Positions 46,322-64,000 of a stretch of 64,000 bases of DNA are shown in pieces. The notes under the pieces are model-generated. The model ran no database searches, was not told where the DNA came from, and saw only the letters and a list, made by a program, of their open reading frames with translations. Origin of the DNA: Tubulanus polymorphus (taxonomy: Eukaryota; Animalia; Nemertea); contig NC_134027.1 in the NCBI RefSeq assembly GCF_964204645.1, positions 15,346,485-15,410,484 of the forward strand. Reading direction: 5' to 3'. How positions within the stretch are numbered: the first letter of the stretch is position 1; each line of letters begins with the position of its first letter. The position numbers were made by a program, and so were the translations under genes.

Positions 46322-46800
46322 TACGGAAGCGATAAGGGGCCTCGAGATGTCGCGTTCCAACTCGACAAGTCGTCATATTTATGTCGATATATCGCGATAT
46401 ATCGCGTCAAGTCGATATGAATATGTCGATATATCGTGACGTTTTGACGACATATTCCGTTTTCTCGACCATTTTCCTCGCGACAAGTCGATATATTTAT
46501 GACGACTTGATACTCAGTCGTCTTATTTCTGGTCTCTTCGTCTTCGATATCGGCGCGTCGTCAAATTTATGGCGACTTGTCGTGACCTTATTGCGACTTG
46601 AAATGTCGTCATGTCACGAAGTTTATTCGACAAATCAACTTTCCAATGTCGACTGTGAAGCCGTGTCACTGAAATCATGTCGTCAGATCGCGATAGCCTT
46701 CTCGATAACTCGACAAAATTTTGTCGACTAGTGAGGATACACCGACAAGTCGATGCAGATACGTCGACTTGTTTTGACGTCGCGAAAAGTGTCCTAATTT
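46322..46800 (+). repeat. Left TIR of the IS3EU-type element (~480 bp)
   Basis: Reverse complement of 61307-61783 up to ...GAAAAGTGTCCTAATTT. Confidence 0.9.
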
Positions 46801-47181
46801 CTTAAACGCGCTCAACCGCTGGCGCCGCATCATTCAGGACTTTCAAAGCCGGTGTCGGGTAAAGCTTCACGTGTATGCTGAGGTAAGCAAAGGCATGCAT
46901 TGGATCTTTTTAAGCTCACCCACCCAGTGGGGGCCAGGCCTCTAGTCCCCGGTTCGTGGCACTGGCCGTACTTCCACTGAGACTTATGACCAAAACTGCG
47001 CGACGGCCCCACGCGCACGAAGGCCGGGTTCATTTGCTATACTGTTGATAAAAACATCTTTGGTCGGCAAGCATGAGGCATAAGCCTAGGCCTCTGTGAT
47101 AAACTAATATTTTTTCAACCTAACCTAGCCTAGTATTCACGTGAATATTTTGGCAGGTTTTGGAATTGTGGGGTTCGAACG

Positions 47182-47194
47182 ACACACGCACGCA

Positions 47195-47255
<61 letters not shown>
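47182..47255 (+). repeat. (CACG)n(CA)n microsatellite
   Basis: Direct reading. Confidence 0.95.
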
Positions 47256-47259
<4 letters not shown>

Positions 47260-47315
47260 GCGGCGGGTTTTTACGATCTACGTTTTGTGCCACCTTTCAT
47301 TTTGGAGCCAACAAA

Positions 47316-55251
<7,936 letters not shown>

Positions 55252-55286
55252 AAGGACACGAACTGTGAATTTTTGCATTTGATTTT

Positions 55287-55660
55287 TATGGAAACGATAA
55301 AGTGCCTCCCAAGCTGTCATATTTATGTCGATATATCGCGCCAAGTCAACATGAATATGTCGACATATCGTGACGTTTTCATGACAAATTTCGCTTTTTG
55401 GCCCATTTTTCACGGGACAAGCCGTCATTTGAAGACACGTCTAAATGTAAGATGAGGACGCCATTGATATGACGACTGACTTTTAAGTCGTCATGAATAT
55501 ATTGACTTGTCGCGAGGAAAATGGTCGTGAAAACGAAATATGTCGTAAAAACGTCACGATATGTCAACACATTGATGTCGGCTTGATGCGATATATCGAC
55601 ATAAATATGGCGACTTGTCGAGTTGGAACGCGACAACGGGAGGCCCTTTATCGCTTCGTA
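55287..55660. mobile_element. Non-autonomous TAYGG-family MITE
   Basis: TATGGAAACGATAAAG ... CCCTTTATCGCTTCGTA; a further partial copy at ~55930-56278. Confidence 0.7.
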
Positions 55661-58600
55661 GATTTTTGTTTGTTAATTATCAGGGTTCTTACAGATCAGG
55701 GAATATCAGTGAATCATGTCTCCTCGATGGGGGAGGCATATGTCTGCCGTGCGGTGTCCGCCCTCCCTATGACATATCGTTAGCGCGATACAGGCTCAAA
55801 TTCATATTGCATTTTTCTTAAACTTAGTGTGAGGATTTGGGTAGGTGAGATATCAACTCCTTTTCAAAATAGAGGTGATCGACCATCAAATACAGCCACT
55901 ACGGTAGCCATCTTGAATTTGTCAGCACAATGTCGATATGTCCACATATCCCGTCAAGCCGACATAAATGTCGACATATCGTGACGTTTTTACGACAAAT
56001 TTCGCTTTTTCGCCCATTTTCCATGGGACAAGTCGTCATTTGAAGACATGTCGAAATGTAAGATGAGGACGCCAGTAATATGATGACTGAGTTTCAAGTC
56101 GTCATGGATATGTCGACTTGTCGCGGGGAATGGTCGAGAAAACGAAATATGTCGTCAAAACATCACGATATGTCGACATATTCAGATCGACTTGATGCGA
56201 TATATCCTGATATATTGATATAAGTATGACAATTTGTCGAGTTAGAAAGTACGACAACTGGAGGTTATCGCTTCCGTACAACAGCCTGGTTGGTATATTT
56301 GATTGATATCTATGAAACTTGATATGAGAGTAAAGACAATAATTCTTACAAACTCGATGAACAGTTAAATAAACTCAGCTGTTTATGGAGTATGCAGTTT
56401 CAATTTCTTGCCCCTTTACTGTTCCCTTACCTCGAGGAGACGTGCCTAGTTCCAGATTTATTTTTCCTTGCTTGGGAACATCAGGGAATACCGACTTTTC
56501 TTTAAATCAGGGATTTTTCTATTTCCTTATCTGTAAGATCCCTGATAGATACACCATTCCACTATTTTGTTTTAGCCTGTTTAGGTTTTAACAGTTTTAA
56601 GATATGTATAAATACACATATATCATTAGCAGTGGCCAGTTTTAGGCTTGGACTTAAGGTAGTTAGTTTGCATAGTATCTAAACTCTAGACTCAAAATGT
56701 AAGGATTCTATGAAACATATGATTCTAAGTAATAGTGTAGAGAGTTGAAGGAAAACTATTCTTTTTAAACTTCACGGAATAAACTTATTTTATAGATCAA
56801 AGTTGTGTATTCAAATACTATATTCTTTGACTGAAAAATGAATGTGTATTTTGTATTTTTGAGTACACTACGCCCTAGTAGGGTTTTAGACGCTTGGGAG
56901 AGAGAGTTGAAACAACTAGCTACCTTAAACACCTAGCTATGACCAGATAGATTTATAATCATCGAGCATGAGAAGAGCTTCGTTTTCTGACATATGCAAG
57001 AGAAATGTCTTTCATTTTGTTTTTATTTTAAGCATGTAATTGTTTTAAACACACCCGGTGCTTAGGTTAGTGGGGTACCAGTGTTAGTGTTCATTTTCTT
57101 TTTATAAGCAGAAAAAGATCTTTTACAATTAGCAGTAGCAAACTTGTTTCTAAGCTACGGGACCTGAACGTTTTTAACTTGCGTGTATGCAGATTTGGTA
57201 GTGAAATATATACAGAAAAAGTAGCGACTGATTAATAGTTGGACATGTAGTGTTACAGAAATGGTGTATATGTGCAATGGTGTTATTTGGTGTTATCCAA
57301 TTTTCATGTATACCGTACGTGTCTGAATAAACTTCTTATACGTTTGAAATTGTTGTTTATTTTTTTTCCAGTCTGGTCCGTCAAGGTTCCTGACCATGTC
57401 TTGACATTTCACATTACAGTTTTTTGCCAAGGTCCTTAAGCCCGTAGCCAGCTCTGTCTTTGGGCTCCATTTGCGTGAAAGTGGAACTTTTATGAAGTGC
57501 AAACGCTTCCTCAGGCCTCAGGCGAAAAATTGATACCTTGTCTATAGAAAGCTTGTGAGAGCTGACTAGTTTCTCGGTAGGTTCTTAAAAGAGGATTACT
57601 AGAAGAGCCATTTATATAAGCTAACCATTCTTTAGAATGAGAGGGAGAAAGGGAGATTTGATTAATAAACAAAGAGCCTTGGTTTTCCCACAGACAGTTA
57701 AAAATTGAAGTGACAGAGAGGCAGCAATAGACTTACCCCAGCTGGGAGGTTGATTTGATATGAAGGTTCATGAAGTTCGCTGTAACGAGGTTCCACTGTA
57801 GTTCCAGTAACGTGAAATTGTTGGAATGATTCTGATGAGAAGTGGAAATTGGACTAGTTCACCTCTAACTGCGGCATTTGACAATTGTTTTTTTTTTTTA
57901 CTCTGCAAACCTCAACATCAACCTTCTATCTGGGATTGATTCACAAACATTATGCAAATTGGTTGAGCTGACGCCATCCAAATAGCTGACACCCAAACTT
58001 CAGCACAATATAACATGATAGGTGCAATAAGATTAAAAGTTTGTAGGCGATAGTGATATTGTTTCTAACATTGATGGACGTTAAAATTTAAACATAGCCT
58101 TTTTTGCATGATCTAGAAGCCGTTAAAAAGCATTATTAAATTTACGAGGCAGAAAATAATATAACCAAGTAGCAATAGTTACGGACAATTTCAATCACCA
58201 AACCATCATAGTAAAAAGTGTGATTATTAAGGAGATTTCCTCCTTTATTAAAAATTACAATCTTAGTTTTATTCTAGTTCACTGTAAAGCCCGATTTTCT
58301 ACAGTAGGTGTCGAGATTGCCTAGAGCCTTCTGAAGACGCTGACTTAGAGATAAGGACGAGTTATTAAAAGCCAAAGGTTGCATGTAGAATTAGGTTATT
58401 GAGGAGAGGATGAGGATCGCAACTGGACCTTTGGGATGCGATGTGCTAAAAACAACTGGAAGTTATTCCTATTGTTTTCAACTTCTAATCATCTATGCCC
58501 TCAGTTCTGCCTTGTGTTTTCCTTCTCCATAGCAGAGGTAGCCTAGAGTACATACAAGATCGATCTACGAGCAAGATCATTTTAATTGCTCGTAGATCGA

Positions 58601-59745
58601 TCTTATGTATTCTGATAAGATGAACGCCCGGTTAAATTTTTTTTAGTAAGCAGGCGCGGATCCAATGGGGCTTCAGCCGACCCGGACTCTATTTTTGATC
58701 GGGCTTACTTTCTCGCACGTGGGAAGCATATGGGAATGTTACTAAAATGACTGTGAGCATCATTTAACCTTGGATGAATACTCCAAGATTTAACACAGTA
58801 CAGTGTAACAGTGTACTTTATAGTAGTGACAAATTCCCTCTTAATTAAGTACCGGTAATACCTGCAACCTAGACCCGGTTCCACAGTTGTGAGTTAGAGT
58901 TAACTCTGAGTTAAAATTAGTTCATTTTCAATGTGTTAACTCAGGGTCAAATCTTAACTCCGAACTGTGGAACTGCAGCCTGGTTTTTATGATACTGCCA
59001 CCAAACGTTCATCATCTGAAAGCCACACGTCCTTTTCTGTTGAAAACCGTTTTAACTTATGTTCTATCTCGATTAGTTTACAAGATATCGGCACATAAAC
59101 CTTAGCCTGTAACGGCTGTCATTATGCCTCTGATACAAAAATGTATGTGAGTTGAAAAGTTTATAAAAAGTTTGCAATTTTCAGAATCATTTTAAGTGTG
59201 GTATCCATAGAAAACCGAAAACTTCGGGAACATTAATCAATATTAAATGAGTAATTAATTAATGAATAATTAATCAATTTTCTCTATTCCAACATTTATC
59301 AGGATTGGGACCATCAGTTATACTTTGTTCTTTTTGAATGTCCTTGATTTCTTTTTTTAAAATTCATTTTTAATGTTCACCCGGATGTTATGAAATGGGG
59401 TATAGCTTTACGACCAGTCAGTCCACAGTACAAACCTCAAACCTCCATTCAGACTAATTTTCATCGTCATCTCAAAAGGCAAGGTTGAATCTTCATTAAG
59501 GTGGTGGGACCTGGTTTAGAAATTCAACATTTCCAGTGGGTAAAAAGCTGCCCGTCGTGTAACAAAGGACAGTTTTTAGCTCGGTATACTATTTGATAAT
59601 CGTCCTTGAATCCTCAAAATTGTTGTCTCAGAATTTCTAATAATTCATAGAATTGAAAAATTTATCGATTATCTTCATCACATTTTATTGAATTACTAAT
59701 CAAAGTATATGTTTTATATTTGACATGTGAACACATATTACAATT

Positions 59746-60936
59746 TCATCTCATAAAGTTACGATCTTGAATCGTTTCGATCACTGCAATAACTGCTCGG
59801 AAAAGTTGCGGTGCATCATCGGGTGACGTAGGAAGAGGAAGTTGATTATTCTGTGCTCGACAAGCACGGCGAATGAAGTCTAAGAATTCAGTGCTACACC
59901 CTCTTTCAGGATATTCGTCAACGTATTCTCCAAATACTTCATCTAGGTCATCAACACGACACGATAAAGGGAAAGAGTGATCGACGGCCCCAAATAACTC
60001 ACACGATTCGTATGCAATATTGGGAATGAAACCCCCTTCCCCATTTCGTTGCTGCCTTATTCGGTGCGAATTCCACATGGTTCTGTACGTGTCTAGGTGT
60101 CGTTGAATTACAGGCAGGAAACAGAATCGGAGACATTGTACATGTATGGCATCGGCGTCATGAAATATGCCCGTGTCCCTCATGTCCAGGAAGATATTTC
60201 GCCAGAAGTCAGTGAAGTTTAATCTAAGTCGTGACCAGAAACTTTCAATTCGTTGGTTAGCAGTCGATCTACCATACATAAAGCTATTCATCCCACGCAT
60301 AAGGTCGCCATGAGAGAATCTTAGTACAATTTGCATGTCCCTCAAAATAGCATTTTCTGTCCCTCGGTCACATCTTAGCAGTCTCGGTACTCGCCCTATT
60401 TCTTTCAAGAAATCCAGGTAAAATTGCGCTATGTATCGGGGGTTATTGTTAGACGGTCCACATTTGAGCCAAAGAAGCTTTCGAGAATAACCATCTATTG
60501 CAGCGTGGATGGCAATACCGAAAGGTTTTAGCTTATCGTAGCCATCGATGTGAATGAGAAAATTTGGACCTTGATTGATATATTGTCTCCTCCGGAAGCG
60601 ACGGTGTCGACGGAGAGAAACACCTTCGGGATCAATTGCTTCAAGGAATTGTCGGACGGTATCTTGGGAGACTCGGACACCATGCACCACATTGAGGAGC
60701 CTCCAAATGCTCCTGTAACCGTAATTTTCATAACCAGATTGATGTAGTTCCAAAATAAGTCTGATTAACTGAATATGATCTTCTGCCCGCCGAATCCTCA
60801 ATCCTAGTCTCCTCTTAATGCGTTTTATTGTCCGTTCACTGATGAGTATACCGTGATTGGTTACCAAAGAGGCTCGAATTTCTGTCACGGTGTACATTCT
60901 TTCAAAATAATGACGGACTAAGACATCTATATCCAT
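59746..60936 (-). CDS. IS3EU-type DDE transposase/integrase (396 aa, intact)
   Basis: N-terminal HTH (ISERTIKRIKRRLGL), YGYRSIW, GPNFLIHIDGYDKLKPFGIAIHAAIDGYSRK, PRLLRCDRGTEN, GRSTANQRIESFW, WNSHRIR. Confidence 0.88.
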   Translation of the reverse strand: MDIDVLVRHYFERMYTVTEIRASLVTNHGILISERTIKRIKRRLGLRIRRAEDHIQLIRLILELHQSGYENYGYRSIWRLLNVVHGVRVSQDTVRQFLEAIDPEGVSLRRHRRFRRRQYINQGPNFLIHIDGYDKLKPFGIAIHAAIDGYSRKLLWLKCGPSNNNPRYIAQFYLDFLKEIGRVPRLLRCDRGTENAILRDMQIVLRFSHGDLMRGMNSFMYGRSTANQRIESFWSRLRLNFTDFWRNIFLDMRDTGIFHDADAIHVQCLRFCFLPVIQRHLDTYRTMWNSHRIRQQRNGEGGFIPNIAYESCELFGAVDHSFPLSCRVDDLDEVFGEYVDEYPERGCSTEFLDFIRRACRAQNNQLPLPTSPDDAPQLFRAVIAVIETIQDRNFMR

Positions 60937-61306
60937 CTCCTGAAATGATAATTACATGAGATAAAACGTGAGAACAAAACGTGTCAATAAAAACGTAAGG
61001 CCTGCTTGTAAACATTCAGGTGCAACGTGGACGCCCTGTAATTTTTTTTTTATATTTCGGAAGGGGATGGGTGAATTTTCTTAAAAGGGCCATATAGACT
61101 AATTTTGTAACATATCTATGTACTGAAATGGCACAATGAGCCTTCGCCTGTGCACCATAGTGCTTGCTGATACGTCCATTTAGTTGGACTGAAAGATTCC
61201 AGCGTGCATATCAGTATGTACTTACTGGGACACACAAACGATTCCTTGGACCTGTGTATGTCAGCGGCACTGGTAACGGTGGTAGGCCTGCATCGGTTGC
61301 ATGTAC

Positions 61307-61783
61307 AAATTAGGACACTTTTCGCGACGTCAAAACAAGTCGACGTATCTGCATCGACTTGTCGGTGTATCCTCACTACTCGACAAAATTTTGTCGAGTT
61401 ATCGAGAAGGCTATCGCGATCTGACGACATGATTTCAGTGACACGGCTTCACAGTCGACATTGGAAAGTTGATTTGTCGAATAAACTTCGTGACATGACG
61501 ACATTTTTTGTCGACAAGTCGCAATAAGGTCACGACAAGTCGCCATAAATTTGACGACGCGCCGATATAGAAGACGAAGACACCAGAAATAAGACGACTG
61601 AGTATCAAGTCGTCATAAATATATCGACTTGTCGCGAGGAAAATGGTCGAGAAAACGGAATATGTCGTCAAAACGTCACGATATATCGACATATTCATAT
61701 CGACTTGACGCGATATATCGACATAAATATGACGACTTGTCGAGTTGGAACGTGACATCTCGAGGCCCCTTATCGCTTCCGTA
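61307..61783 (-). repeat. Right TIR of the IS3EU-type element
   Basis: Reverse complement of 46322-46800; followed by TSD GGTTTT. Confidence 0.9.
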
Positions 61784-62160
61784 GGTTTTCGTTCGAACAA
61801 TCGTTCAATTGAACAGAATCTTTTTTAATTTGAACAGAATTTTCTTGTCAGAACATTAAGTTTTTCGTTCGAACAAGTATATTGAAAAAAGTTTTTTCTC
61901 CGAACCGAAAGTATGAAGTATTTCGTTCAATCGAACATAATTGTTTTCATTCAAACATTCGTTCGAAAAAATTGTTCTCGCTCGACCAAATTTTTTTGCC
62001 GGGACTTAAAATTTTTCATTTCAACAATAACATAGCTTTTTATTCGAACACATTTTTTGTCAGAATGCAGAAAATTTTTTGTTCAAGCAAAAAGCGTATT
62101 GTTCGATCAAACAGAATTATTTTCATTCGAACAAGATTTTCTTGTTGGAACATTAAGATT

Positions 62161-63700
62161 TTTGGTCGAACAGCGTGTTAAGGTCGATTTGGAAATTTAC
62201 TCGGTCTGGGATATGTTGGATTAGTGTGTATGTCATTTGTCAGGACATTAAACAGAAGACAACTTAGGATACTACCTTGCGTGACTCCACTAGTTTGACC
62301 GACTTATTCCAAGATGAGGCGTTCCGTTGATTTCGGCTACAAGTTTTCGTTCAGAGATAACTGCTGAGCCATTTGGGCGACCTATCATTGATACTGTTTC
62401 CTAATAGCCTGTTTAGTAATGGCTGATGTTGTGCCTTATCAAATGCTTCGTCGAAATCCACCGTTGAACAGGATTCTAAGACTGTGCAGAAAACCCTTTA
62501 TCGCTGCTTTGCAGCTATATTTATTATTATTATTTTCTTCCACACTATTTTTACCAAAAGAACATAGGCTTTGTTACCTTACCGCTGTTTTATATACAAT
62601 CCATATAACATCGTTTAGCTCACTGAGATCTACAAATAGCCCGCGTGTTTTTTCACGAATCATCGTTACAAAAGCGTTGTCGGGCCGTAAACATCGAAAA
62701 TTTAGCCCCATTCAATGGGGCGACATGTTTTTCGAGTCGTCATCCCGAAATCAACCCGCAGGCCGACTGTCACTTCGATTATCAATTCAAGTATAAATGT
62801 ACTAATTCATTGCCACAGACTTCACATTCAGTCGCGGTCTTCAAACAGTGATTTTAACAATAGCCCATTTTCCTCATCAGATCATATTACCGATACACTG
62901 GAAATTTACTACTTTAGATTTTAAAAGCACTGTCGAGCCGTAAACATCGACGAATCGACGTGTGTTACAACATCGTCGTTCCGGGGATCAGCTGCGAGTT
63001 TCTCCTCATCATGAGAATCAAATAGAGTACAAATTAATTTATTACTACCAGTGATTTGGCTGCGGGTTTCAAGGAGTTAGTTTAACAATACCTATTTTTC
63101 TTTACCGAATTAACCGTGTATTTACTAAGATAAATCTTTAGTGTACCGGGGAATCGTAGACCTAAACTAAACACGCCGAAGAGATATAGCGGAGAAAAGC
63201 TGTTATGTCGACGTGGTATCGAAATAAAAGAATATATTACTTAATTCGGCCGCGGGCTTCAAACTCTATATCAATACCATCAATACTCTATATTTCCTAC
63301 AGTACATACCGATCATTGTCAAATGCACAATGTATTTACTAAAAACAAGTATATAACACACTCCTTTTCGTATGCTGGACTCACACTTGACATTCGGAGT
63401 AAGCGTTCGCTGTGGGGGAAAGGAGATCGTTCACTGTGTCGCTTGAAGTGTTTATCGAGTTTTACGCGGCTTTAGGCCTACCGGTACTGAGCTTTACTAA
63501 ACAAACACAGTATAATTGTTGCGTTTATTAACGGACTCATTGGATTGAATTTCAAAACAAAATTTACGATATTTAGGTGGGTTGTTATTCAATAGGCCTA
63601 CGACCAATCTGTCCAGATTTTAGGCCTACGCATATACATAGGCCTACATAGGCTATAGTAGCCTCTACTAGGTTAAAGCTAAGTTCACTGTAAAGGAGGA
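62161..63700 (+). repeat. Composite repeat copy D (more diverged)
   Basis: Matches 16112-17110 and 40388-41530. Confidence 0.85.
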
Positions 63701-64000
63701 ATCAAGATTTATTAAAATGCATGTTAATTAGTGATTAACTGGTTGTGACTTGCAACGATCAATCACAATTATCAATTTTATTGCCAAAAATGAAGAATTT
63801 TTTGAAAATTTCGTCTGAGCAGACAGCTTTATAAGCCAGACTTTTCATTTGAGTTTTTTCATCCTAAATGAAACTGGTATTTCATTAATTTCTAATGACT
63901 TAATTTCTTATGATTTAAGCAGGGCGTAGGTCGGCCTTGCGACGGCTTCTGATTCACTGCGACGCCTATCACTGCGACCGCCAGCGACGATTGTGTCGCA

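Noticed and set aside
44816-46731. ORFs in the CpG-rich repeats (MSRSNSTSRHIYVDIS..., also at 55171-55821 and 61116-61800)
   Set aside because: They are translations of TIR/MITE sequence on both strands with no protein motifs.
61075-61094. ...AAAAGGGCCATA as an alternative transposon end upstream of the transposase
   Set aside because: No matching inverted partner found; the TIR pair 46322/61783 with a TSD explains the element better.

Overview
AT-rich eukaryotic (probably marine-invertebrate) genomic DNA made almost entirely of nested mobile elements. (1) A complete 16.54-kb Polinton/Maverick-type endogenous virus lies at 23674-40213, with perfect 121-bp TIRs, AG...CT ends and a 6-bp TSD (CCCGAG). 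It encodes pPolB, major and minor capsid proteins, an rve integrase-chromodomain, a packaging ATPase and several membrane proteins. Three features link it to large cytoplasmic DNA viruses: a 355-aa LAGLIDADG intein at the YxD|TD active site of pPolB that resembles the giant-virus PolB intein, a zinc-finger/VLTF3-like late transcription factor, and a poxvirus-late-like TAAATG start context on 14 of 15 genes. This suggests a virophage-like, helper-dependent lifestyle (inference). (2) A complete 15.46-kb IS3EU-type DNA transposon lies at 46322-61783, with ~480-bp TIRs, TACGG...CCGTA ends and TSD GGTTTT. It carries an intact transposase and a 7-exon cargo gene for a CIDE-N + RING-finger protein that is largely invisible in the ORF track. 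(3) A decayed related Polinton at 1-~6000 is hit by two LINEs. The rest is a broken Mutator-like transposase, Helentron-type non-autonomous elements, 31-bp hairpin satellite arrays, MITEs, tRNA-derived SINE heads and microsatellites. All family assignments come from motif recognition by eye; no searches were run.
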